Assembly (NCBI GenBank): GCA_902793375.1
Contig: CADBDE010000001.1
Span: forward strand, 75,209-139,208
Direction: 5' to 3'
Length of the DNA stretch: 64,000 nt
Source: an uncultured Erysipelotrichaceae bacterium
Lineage (GTDB): Bacteria > Bacillota_I > Bacilli_A > RF39 > UBA660
This document shows, in pieces, positions 1 to 9,200 of the stretch. Within the stretch, counting starts at the first letter, position 1. Every line of letters starts with the position of its first letter. Position numbers and translations under genes: made by a program. The notes beneath the pieces were generated by a model that had not been told where the DNA came from, ran no database searches, and saw nothing but the letters and a program-made list of their open reading frames with translations.

Positions 1-1
1 A

Positions 2-223
2 GATAGATTTCTTGTTAATAGTAGACATTATTATCATACAGAACCAAATGATAATTATGATATAGTAGCTGTAACTGATGATCATTATATCGAAGCAATA
101 GAAATGAAAAATAAAAGATTTAATATAGGTGTTCAATGGCATCCTGAGGATATGGATGATGAATATAGTGATAGGTTGTTTAAAGATTTTTTTATTGAAT
201 GTAAAAGAAAGAGGGAGATGTAA
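2..223 (+). CDS. Peptidase C26 / gamma-glutamyl-gamma-aminobutyrate hydrolase family glutamine amidotransferase, 3' part (5' truncated by window)
   Basis: Manual translation of frame 2: DRFLVNSRH...IEAIE...IGVQWHPE...EM*. VNSxH and GVQWHPE are class I glutamine amidotransferase (C26) motifs. Confidence 0.85.
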   Translation, partial: DRFLVNSRHYYHTEPNDNYDIVAVTDDHYIEAIEMKNKRFNIGVQWHPEDMDDEYSDRLFKDFFIECKRKREM

Positions 224-225
224 TA

Positions 226-1068
226 ATGGTATGTCCATATTGTGGTAGTAATTTAAAAGATGATTCAAAGCAGTGTTATGCATGTGGTGTTAAATTTGAA
301 AGTGCTGAGCAACAAAATGTATATGCAAATAATAATCAACAATCAAATAATAATCAATCAAGTAATAATATAAATCCTAACAATTTTAATAATGAAAAAA
401 GTAAATCAGGTATTCCTGTATTAATTGGATTTTTTCTATTTATTTGCTTATTATGTTATTTAATGTTTTTTACTGGTGGTGGAAGTAATAATGAACAAAA
501 TGAACCGAATAATACAGAATCATCTAATACTGCAAATAATAATACTCAACAACCATTACCAGATAATTCTATAACAGATGTAAAAAAACAGTCATATATT
601 CGTTTAGCAAATGCCTTTGTATCATCTGTTAGAAACGAAGTTAATATGGGGGCAAAGTTAGGCTTTTATGAAACAAACGCAATGATTTTGGTTCCTGTTG
701 GAGATAGAAGTAAATGTGCAATTTTAGAAAATAATGATACTTCTCCTTTTAGTAAAACATGGAATTATGCATATGTAGGCGCTAAATATGATGGAATAGG
801 ATATAGTTATTATTTCATTTCAGAGGATGGCAGCAATATTGGAATTGAGTTTATAAGTGCTAATAAAATGAATGAAGATAATGTTTATAGCAGTTATAGT
901 GAAACAAATATTTCTAAAGAAATATCAGATAAATTAATAAAATTATATAGTATTAATAGTAATGAAGAATTAACTGATGGTGATATTCTTAATTTAATTA
1001 AACTAAATGATAATACTATAAAAAAAGTAGTAGTTATTTCAGCAAAAGCTGGATGTAGATATCGTTAA
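226..1068 (+). CDS. Zinc-ribbon (CxxC-x10-CxxC) single-TM membrane protein whose extracellular domain is homologous to the pilin head of 45536..46723
   Basis: N-terminal CPYC...CYAC, N/Q-rich linker, TM helix. SYI..VRNEVNMGAKLGFY..SPF..AYVGAKYDGIGYSYYFIS aligns with the prepilin in this window. Confidence 0.8.
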   Translation: MVCPYCGSNLKDDSKQCYACGVKFESAEQQNVYANNNQQSNNNQSSNNINPNNFNNEKSKSGIPVLIGFFLFICLLCYLMFFTGGGSNNEQNEPNNTESSNTANNNTQQPLPDNSITDVKKQSYIRLANAFVSSVRNEVNMGAKLGFYETNAMILVPVGDRSKCAILENNDTSPFSKTWNYAYVGAKYDGIGYSYYFISEDGSNIGIEFISANKMNEDNVYSSYSETNISKEISDKLIKLYSINSNEELTDGDILNLIKLNDNTIKKVVVISAKAGCRYR

Positions 1069-1088
1069 TTATAAGAAAAGGTGATAAT

Positions 1089-1631
1089 ATGCATGTAATA
1101 ATAGCAGGAGCTGCAAGATCGGGTAAGACTACTTTATCTTTAATGTTAAATAATTATGGATTTACTCATTACAAAATGGATTCTATAAAAAGAGGTATTT
1201 GTGAATACTACTCTTTAAAATATGATGATTGGAAAGATGTTTCTCCAATAATGTGTACAATAATTAATAGAGTTATAGAGGATAATAAAACTGATACAAA
1301 TTATTTAAAAGAAAAATATTTATTTGATACACCATTTTTACTCCCAAAGGATATACAAATGATAAATACAAAAGATACATATGTTATTTTTTTAGGATAT
1401 TCAAAAATATCTGTTGGTGAAATGGTTAAAAGAATACGTGAAAATGATTTAGAAAATTACTGGACAAGCAAAAAAAGTGATGAAGAAATAACAAAAGAAA
1501 CATATGACAACATTGAATTTTCTAAACATATAGAAGAAGAATGTAAAAAATATGGAATAAAATATTATGATACATCAAATGATAGAGAAAAAGTGTTGAA
1601 TGATATATTAAATGATATAATAAATAAGTAA
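1089..1631 (+). CDS. P-loop nucleotide/nucleoside kinase-like protein
   Basis: N-terminal Walker A GAARSGKTT; 180 aa, typical NMP-kinase size. Confidence 0.7.
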   Translation: MHVIIAGAARSGKTTLSLMLNNYGFTHYKMDSIKRGICEYYSLKYDDWKDVSPIMCTIINRVIEDNKTDTNYLKEKYLFDTPFLLPKDIQMINTKDTYVIFLGYSKISVGEMVKRIRENDLENYWTSKKSDEEITKETYDNIEFSKHIEEECKKYGIKYYDTSNDREKVLNDILNDIINK

Positions 1632-1650
1632 TGGAGTAAGGAAGTAAGTT

Positions 1651-2730
1651 ATGGAAGATTTAAAATTAATAGTAATGGACAACATTGAATCAATAGGACG
1701 TGATGTAGATAATTATTTAAAGGACATTAATAAATCTGATAAATCTTATAGAATGGAACATATAAGAACAAGATTTAATAATGGAGAAGGTAAAATTGGA
1801 ATAGATGAAACCGCAAGAGATAAAGATGTATTCATTCTAAGTGATGTTGGAAATTATAGCATTACTTATGATATGCATGGAATTAAAGTTCCAATGGGAC
1901 CAGATGAGCATTTTCAAGATATAAAAAGAGCTATAAGTGCTGTTGGAGGTTATGCAAAAAGAATAACAGTAATAATGCCTCTTTTATATCAGTCTAGACA
2001 AGATAAAAGAAAAGGGAGAGAATCTTTAGACTGTGCAATTGCACTTCAAGAATTAGAAAGATTAGGAGTTAATCATATTATTACTTTTGATTGTCACGAA
2101 AGAAAAGTTGCTAATGCAATTCCAAATTTACCATTTGAAAATTTTTATCCAACGAATATAATACTAGAAGAATTAATAAAAAAAGAAAACATTTTTGATA
2201 ATTTACTTGTAATAAGTCCTGATATGGGAGCGATGGAAAGAGCAAGATATTATGCTGATATGATGTCTTGTGATGTAGGAATGTTTTATAAAAGACGTGA
2301 TTTAACAAAAATTGTTGATGGAAAAAATCCTATAGTAGAACATGCTTATATGGGAGCCGATGTTAAAGATAGAAATGTTGTTGTTGTAGATGACATGATT
2401 GCTAGTGGAGCTTCTATAATAGAAGTAGGTGAAAAATTAAGAGAAAAAGGAGCAAAGAAAATATTCTTTATTACTACTTTTTCATTGTTTTCTGAAGGAA
2501 TTGAAGTATTTGAAGAAGCATATAAAAAGAAATTTTTTGATAAGCTATATACTACAAATTTATCTTATATTCCTGAAGAATATAATAATTATAAGTGGTT
2601 AAATAAAGTAAATTGCTCAAAAAGAATTGCTGAAATAATAGATTATATACACAAAGGGAAATCTTTAAGAAAAATAGTTCATGGCAACGAAAAAATAATT
2701 GAACTACTGAATAAAAAAGGAATAAATTAA
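1651..2730 (+). CDS. prs: Ribose-phosphate pyrophosphokinase
   Basis: RFNNGE, YQSRQDK, SPDMG, KRR and the PRPP-binding VVVDDMIASGAS motif. Confidence 0.95.
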   Translation: MEDLKLIVMDNIESIGRDVDNYLKDINKSDKSYRMEHIRTRFNNGEGKIGIDETARDKDVFILSDVGNYSITYDMHGIKVPMGPDEHFQDIKRAISAVGGYAKRITVIMPLLYQSRQDKRKGRESLDCAIALQELERLGVNHIITFDCHERKVANAIPNLPFENFYPTNIILEELIKKENIFDNLLVISPDMGAMERARYYADMMSCDVGMFYKRRDLTKIVDGKNPIVEHAYMGADVKDRNVVVVDDMIASGASIIEVGEKLREKGAKKIFFITTFSLFSEGIEVFEEAYKKKFFDKLYTTNLSYIPEEYNNYKWLNKVNCSKRIAEIIDYIHKGKSLRKIVHGNEKIIELLNKKGIN

Positions 2731-2751
2731 AAAGGCATTTTGCCTTTTTTT
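2729..2751 (+). terminator. Rho-independent terminator after prs
   Basis: AAAAAGGCA-TTT-TGCCTTTTTTT. Confidence 0.75.
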
Positions 2752-2824
2752 AATAAAAAAAAACAAATTGCTCATAATAATAATAATAAGTATCGACGAT
2801 AATCGACAAAAACCCCCTTTTTCC

Positions 2825-2853
2825 TTGAAAAGTTGTAAAAAAAGTTATAAAAT
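2825..2853 (+). promoter_or_regulatory. Sigma-A type promoter of the SipW operon
   Basis: TTGAAA-N17-TAAAAT upstream of the strong RBS GGAGGAGGTG and ATG 2936. Confidence 0.6.
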
Positions 2854-2935
2854 AATATATGTAAAAATATAGAGTAAAATAATTGTGCACAATATTTTTA
2901 CAAGGAAGTTTTTATAATGGAGGAGGTGTAAAGAA

Positions 2936-3502
2936 ATGAAAGGAAACAAGAAGTTTTTAGTGGTAGCATTATTACTTTTATTAGTTGCAGTAAGTTTTGG
3001 AACTTATGCAATTTATAAGTCTAGTGCATCAGGAACTAAATCAGTTAATGCTGCAGCATGGATTGTAAAAGTTCAAAGTGGTTCTCAAGATGAAGCTAAT
3101 ATCGTATCAAGTAATACTTTTACTTTAGATGATATTACTTGGGATACAACTAATCGTATCGGTCAAAGTGGTACTATAGCTCCAGGAGATCATGGAACTG
3201 TATCAATTAAAATTGATGCTGATGGTTCTCAAGTTGCAGTAAACTATGCTGTTGCAATTGATGTAAGTGCATTAAATAATTCAAACTTTACTGTAACAGC
3301 TGATGGTGAAGGTGATCCATTAACTGGTACAATTCCTTATTCAGCAACAGAAGGTGCAATGGAAAAAAACATTACATTAAATGTTGTATGGACTGGAGTT
3401 GATAGCGAAACAGCAAATTCTGCAGATATAGCTCTTCAAGGAACTACAATAAACATTCCAGTAACTGTAACTGCAACACAAAATCCTAATCCAGCTGCAT
3501 AA
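2936..3502 (+). CDS. SipW-class signal peptide protein, TasA/camelysin-like; probable major fibre subunit
   Basis: KK, hydrophobic stretch, then GTYA|IYK (SipW-type cleavage). IAPG motif, beta-rich, strong RBS, followed by a hairpin, adjacent to sipW. Confidence 0.75.
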   Translation: MKGNKKFLVVALLLLLVAVSFGTYAIYKSSASGTKSVNAAAWIVKVQSGSQDEANIVSSNTFTLDDITWDTTNRIGQSGTIAPGDHGTVSIKIDADGSQVAVNYAVAIDVSALNNSNFTVTADGEGDPLTGTIPYSATEGAMEKNITLNVVWTGVDSETANSADIALQGTTINIPVTVTATQNPNPAA

Positions 3503-3521
3503 TCAGTGAAATTAATATAAC

Positions 3522-3546
3522 AAAGAATAATTTAATATTATTCTTT
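3522..3546 (+). terminator. Stem-loop (partial terminator or stabiliser) after the major subunit gene
   Basis: AAAGAATAAT-TTAAT-ATTATTCTTT, perfect 10-bp stem. Confidence 0.6.
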
Positions 3547-3608
3547 CGTTTAAAGTATATAAATAATTGTATTCTTTAAAGGGAAGAATAATCAAAGGAA
3601 GTGATGAC

Positions 3609-5324
3609 ATGTACAAAAATAAACAAAAAAAAGATATAAATAAAAATATAATTATAATGATTTTAATTATCATTATAATCATTTTGTTGTTACATAATTG
3701 TGTTTTAGAAGGAAGAAAAAAAGATAAAAATAGAATTGATATATGTGATGGAAGCGTGTGTCAACCTGCCAATGCTGGATTAAAAATTAATTGTTTAGAG
3801 GATATAGAAAATTCAATATGTGTTATTCCAAATTTTAGAGGAAAAACTGAAAAAGACATACAAGAATGGTTAGATAAAATTTCAAATAATATTGAAATAA
3901 CTTATCAAGTATATGATTCTGAAAAAATGGCGGGCTTAGTAATAGATCAATCTAATGAACAAAATATAACTATAAAGGATTTGTTAGACAATAATATTTC
4001 TTTAACAATAATGTTTGCTAATTCAAGAAATACAAAAGTAGATTGTTTAGAAGACATTGATAATGAATTGTGTGAAATTCCTAACTTTAAGGGTAAAACA
4101 AAAAAAGATGTATATGAGTGGTTAAATCAAATATCTAATAGTATTAACACAAATTTTGTAAATAAAATGTCAGATGAAAAAGGTGGAACAATTATCAATC
4201 AATCTATAAAGGTTGGAACTAAAGTCAAAGATATATTAGATGAAGAAAAAATATTAAGTATAACATTTTCAAATATAGAAACAGTTGATTGTTTAAATGA
4301 TGATAATAATCCAATATGCTTAGTACCTAACTTTACTGGAAGTACTCAAAAAGAAGTAGAAGAGTGGTTAAGCTCAATTTCTAATATAATTAGTGTTAAT
4401 TATAAAACTGAAATATCTGATCTTAAGAGTGATACAGTATTAATTCAATCAGCAAAGCCTGGTACAAGTATTAAAAAATTAATAAATAGTAATACACCAC
4501 TATCTATAACATTTGCAAAGACAGCTGATAATTCGAAAGCTGATTGCTTAAAAAATGTTAATGATAGTAGATGTAAGTTACCTGACTTTAGTGGAATGAC
4601 AAAAGAAGATGTAGAAAGATGGTTGAGTTTAATAGGTAATAATATTCCTATAAGATATGAAACAGTAACATCAAATACACCTTCTGGAATAATAATTAAT
4701 CAATCAATTAATAGTGGAACTACAGTTAAAGATATATTAAATAGTAATAATCAATTAGTTATTTCAATTAGTAAGAAACCAATAATACCAACTGATGTTA
4801 TTAATCCAATTAACATTGATGATAATAACGATAGCAATAATAACAACGATAATAATGATAATCAAGAACCAGAACCAACTGAAGATCCTATTCCTGATGA
4901 AGAAAAAGGACAAGTAGTTGTAAAAGATAAAGATGTTACTTGGGAAACTGATACAGTTGTTGATATATTTAATAATTCATTAGCAAATACGTTAATAGCA
5001 CCGGAGTCGAGTAATACTTATAGATTTACAGTTTATAATAATACATCAACTACAGTTAAATATGATTTAACATTTACAGAAATCAACGAAAGTAACATTA
5101 ATATGAAATATAAACTAAGAAAAAATAATACATACATTATAAGTGATTATTCATCGATTAGTGAATTGAATCTTACTGAACAAGTACTAAATTCAGATAA
5201 GAATGATGTTTTTTATCTTGAATGGAAATGGGTAAGTAGTGATAATGATACAGAAATAGGAGCTAGTAGAAACGCTACTTATAATTTAAAAATAAAAGTT
5301 GAGGCTGAAGAAATTGTTGAATAA
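3609..5324 (+). CDS. Membrane-anchored protein with four PASTA-like repeats (each preceded by C-x8-C), a D/N/P linker and a C-terminal TasA-like domain
   Basis: N-terminal TM; four repeats of PNF/PDFxGxT..V..WL...G.II.QS. C-terminal LIAPESSNTYRFTV..VKY..WKW..IKVEAEE resembles the 2936 protein. ATG 3609 after AAAGGAAGTG is preferred over TTG 3567. Confidence 0.75.
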   Translation: MYKNKQKKDINKNIIIMILIIIIIILLLHNCVLEGRKKDKNRIDICDGSVCQPANAGLKINCLEDIENSICVIPNFRGKTEKDIQEWLDKISNNIEITYQVYDSEKMAGLVIDQSNEQNITIKDLLDNNISLTIMFANSRNTKVDCLEDIDNELCEIPNFKGKTKKDVYEWLNQISNSINTNFVNKMSDEKGGTIINQSIKVGTKVKDILDEEKILSITFSNIETVDCLNDDNNPICLVPNFTGSTQKEVEEWLSSISNIISVNYKTEISDLKSDTVLIQSAKPGTSIKKLINSNTPLSITFAKTADNSKADCLKNVNDSRCKLPDFSGMTKEDVERWLSLIGNNIPIRYETVTSNTPSGIIINQSINSGTTVKDILNSNNQLVISISKKPIIPTDVINPINIDDNNDSNNNNDNNDNQEPEPTEDPIPDEEKGQVVVKDKDVTWETDTVVDIFNNSLANTLIAPESSNTYRFTVYNNTSTTVKYDLTFTEINESNINMKYKLRKNNTYIISDYSSISELNLTEQVLNSDKNDVFYLEWKWVSSDNDTEIGASRNATYNLKIKVEAEEIVE

Positions 5325-5757
5325 AACATTAAAAATAACAATTAACGTAATTCTTATAATAATAATTGTGTTGTTATCTATTTATGCATTATTAAGATTT
5401 ACTAATAAAATTGAAATTTTAAAAGTAGAGACTGGCTCAATGAGGGATAAAATTAATGTAGGGGACTACATATTAATACATAAACAAAGTAATTATAAGG
5501 TTAATGATATTGTTACATATAAGATAAATGAGTCTTATATAACTCATAGAATAGTAGAAATTGATGAAGATAAAATAATCACTAAAGGTGATGCTAATAA
5601 TGTAGAAGATAGTGAAATCACAAAAGAAGATATTATAGGAAAGGTAATAGTAAAAGGTGGCTTTTTAAATTTTTTGATTAGATATAAATATATTTTAATT
5701 TGTATATTTTTAATAATATATTTAATTACATGTTTATTTGATAAAAAAGAGAAATAA
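5299..5757 (+). CDS. sipW: Signal peptidase I, SipW/ER (archaeal) type
   Basis: TGSM (catalytic Ser), VGD, ITHRIV (His in place of Lys), TKGDAN..D; N- and C-terminal TM helices. The start may be TTG 5314. Confidence 0.9.
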   Translation: MRLKKLLNKTLKITINVILIIIIVLLSIYALLRFTNKIEILKVETGSMRDKINVGDYILIHKQSNYKVNDIVTYKINESYITHRIVEIDEDKIITKGDANNVEDSEITKEDIIGKVIVKGGFLNFLIRYKYILICIFLIIYLITCLFDKKEK

Positions 5758-5780
5758 GTATAAAGAAAGGATATGATGGT

Positions 5781-6257
5781 ATGAAAAAAAGAATATTGTT
5801 ATATATATATTTTATTTTAATAATGGTTATCTTTTTAGCAATGCCATTAACAAGAGCGATATTTAAAAATACTGCTTCTTCAACAAAATCAGCTACTACA
5901 GCTGAATGGAGTGTTTCTTTAGCACAAGTTAGTGAAACTAATAATGTAACACTTGTATCTGGTACAGATACTCAAGTTTATTCATTAAAAGTAAGTAGTG
6001 AATCAGAAGTAGATGTTACATATGCAATAGAAATTGGTAATGTTCCTTCTGGAGTGAAAATTAAATTAGATCAAAGACAAAACTATGAAACTCCAGATGT
6101 AAATAATAAAATTACTTTTTCAAATGCAGGATCAATTGTATATTCACCACAAGGTGGAGAAAATACTCATATTTTAACTTTTACTTCTGAATCAGGAACA
6201 CCTGTTGTTTCTAATATACCATTAACAGTAAAAGTTATAGCACAACAAGTTCTTTAG
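5781..6257 (+). CDS. SipW-class substrate; minor TasA-like subunit or adaptor
   Basis: LTRA|IFKNTASSTKSATTAEWSV aligns with GTYA|IYKSSASGTKSVNAAAWIV. SEVDVTY aligns with SQVAVNY. IPLTVKVIAQQ aligns with IPVTVTATQ. Confidence 0.75.
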   Translation: MKKRILLYIYFILIMVIFLAMPLTRAIFKNTASSTKSATTAEWSVSLAQVSETNNVTLVSGTDTQVYSLKVSSESEVDVTYAIEIGNVPSGVKIKLDQRQNYETPDVNNKITFSNAGSIVYSPQGGENTHILTFTSESGTPVVSNIPLTVKVIAQQVL

Positions 6258-6293
6258 TTATAAAAATAAAAAAATAAAAAAGGAGGGATTAAT

Positions 6294-9200
6294 ATGGAAA
6301 ATAAAAAGATAATAAAAAATATATTATTATTATTAATTATATTTTTTAGTTTTTTTGCTGTATTAAAAACTCCTAATAAAACATATTCAATTTATAAAGA
6401 AGAACTTGATACTACAATAAACTTAACAATAGTTAGTGGGGAAGATGTTCTTGTTTCTTTTGATTCACGTGGAGGAAGCAGTGTACCTTCAAGATATGTT
6501 ACTCCAGGAAATGCTGTTGGAACTCTTCCAATACCAACTAAAACTGGTTCTAATTTTGCTGGTTGGTATGATTCAAATAATCAAAGAGTTCGTCATACAA
6601 CAATAATTACTGGAACTACTGAATTGCATGCAGTATGGACTGATATTGTGTGTCGTTTGGTTAATGATAGTAATAATCTTCATACTGAAACATGTGCTTC
6701 TTCAGGTGGATGTAATACTGCTGGAATTACCGTAGGTAGTACTATTACTTATGGAACTATAGGTGATGGAAATCCAGAAGCAGGGGATGCATATAATTGT
6801 GATGTTGATTATGATGGAGTTTATGATTCAAAAGAATCAGATAATAAAACATTTATTGAGAGATTCTACTTTGTAAGAGAAAAGGCAAATAGTGGTTCTG
6901 AAAATTCAGCAGTAATGTATTATTCAACAAGTTTTGATAGTAATGGTAGAGATAATCGTACTCAAAATGCTTCTGATATTAATTCAATTGATTATTTAAC
7001 CGCTTTATCATATTTACCAAGTTCAACATTATGGGATAATCCTTCTCTTATTGATTTAGATGGTAATGGTAGTGTATCTAGATTTTTAACAGTAGAAGAT
7101 TTAGAGTCAATATATGGAACTATTGTTACTAATAATACTAATTATTTAAAACCAGGAAGTAAATGGTTCTGGTATGAAAATACAAGATTCCAATCAAATT
7201 CTCTTGGACGTTCAGGAATTTGGCTTGAAATAAATAATAATGAATATATTCGTATTCATGCACATTCATTTTACATAAATAAACCAGATACTGGTTCAGC
7301 AAGTGAAAATATGGCACGTCCTGTAATTGAGATTCCAATGAGTTCTTTGGAAGGATATTACGATGAAGATAGATTTACAATAAGCTTTAACACTTTTGAA
7401 GGTGATGCAAATACACCTGAAAGTATTAAAAAATATCGTGGCGAAGTTATTGGTACTTTACCAACACCAACTAGGCAAAATCATGAGTTCCTTGGTTGGT
7501 ACACTGATTCTAATTATGAATTTGTTGCTGATCCAACAGCTCTTGTTTCTGGAAATATAACTTTATATGCAAAATGGGAAGCAGATGCTGGAATACAAGT
7601 TACTTTAGAATTAGATGGAGGAACAATTTCAGGTGTTACTTCTCCAATAATATTAGAGTCTGGCGATACAATAGATAATTTACCAAATCCAGTAAAACCA
7701 GGAATGACATTCTTGGGATGGTACACAGACGATGAATTTGATAATGAATTTGACCCAAGTGTTCCAATTACAGCTAATATGACTTTATATGCAAAATGGG
7801 AATTAGGTAATTATGTAGCAAGAATAGATAATGATTATTATGAAACTCTTGCTGAAGCAATTGAACATGTTCCTACAACCAATACAAAAACTAGAGTAAC
7901 AATTTTAAAAGATATCACTTTAACATCAACAATTATAATAGCTAGTACAAAAAATGTAGAGCTTGATGGTCAAAGTTATACAATAGATTCAAGCTCTTGT
8001 AACTTGTTTGAAAACTCAGGAACATTAGATATTATTAATGGAACATTAATTGATACTTATAATGGACCTTCTAAACCAAATGTAGGATATGTTATTTTGA
8101 ATAAATCTGGAGCAACATTAAATATCTCTAAAGGAACAATTACTTATAATAATACTGAGGCTTCAGAAGCAAAGGCTGTTCAAAATAATGGTGGTACAGT
8201 TAATATGACTGGTGGTAGAATTGAATGCAATTCTCAAGCTTCAGCAATAAATGTAGAAAATGCAGGTGTTATAAATGTTTCTGGTGGTGAAATAGTCGCA
8301 ACTGGTACAAAGAAAGCACAAGGTATTTATTTGGCTAATACTGCATCAGCTAATATTAGTGGTGATGCTTATATTAGTAATGTATCAGGAAATGATTCAA
8401 GAGCAGCAGTTGATAATGCTGGTTCTGGTACTCTTACTATAACAGGTGGAACTATTATATCTGTAAACTTTTATGCTGTTAATAATAGAAGTACTGGAGT
8501 AACAAAAATAGGTATTAACGATAGTAATGGAAATGTAATTGATACAACAACACCAGTTTTAAAAGGAAATACATATGCAATAAATCGTTCTGGTGGTACA
8601 TTATATGTATATGATGGAGTATATAAAGGTAAGACTGGAGCATCAAATGGTACAATTACAAAACCAACAGGTGTTGATTTTGTTCAAAATGGAACTGAAT
8701 CATCACATAAAGTATATTATTTAGCAAATTCATCTGGTGGACCTTATACTGTAACATTTGATCCTGATAATGGTGATAGTACATCTCAAGTAACAAATTT
8801 ACAATTATTTGATACAGTAAACACATCAATGCCAGCAAATCCAACAAGAACAAATTATATTTTTGAAAAATGGTTTGTATATAAAGTTGTAGACAATGAA
8901 GTCATTTATGATGGTGAATTTACTAGTACAACTCCAATAACAGATAATATAACTGTAAAAGCTAAATGGAAACCAGGAATTAAGACTGCAACTATTAGTC
9001 CTGCAACTATATCAATAGACACGAATGAAACAGAGACAATAATAGTAACTGGTCCAGCTGATATGGAAAGTTATACATTTAGTTCTATTGATCCAAGCGT
9101 AGCAACAGTAGATAGCAATGGTGTTGTACAAGGTATTACTTCTGGAAGTACTATAATTAGTATAACTGGTACAGATACTGGGGATACATTAGCTATTCCA

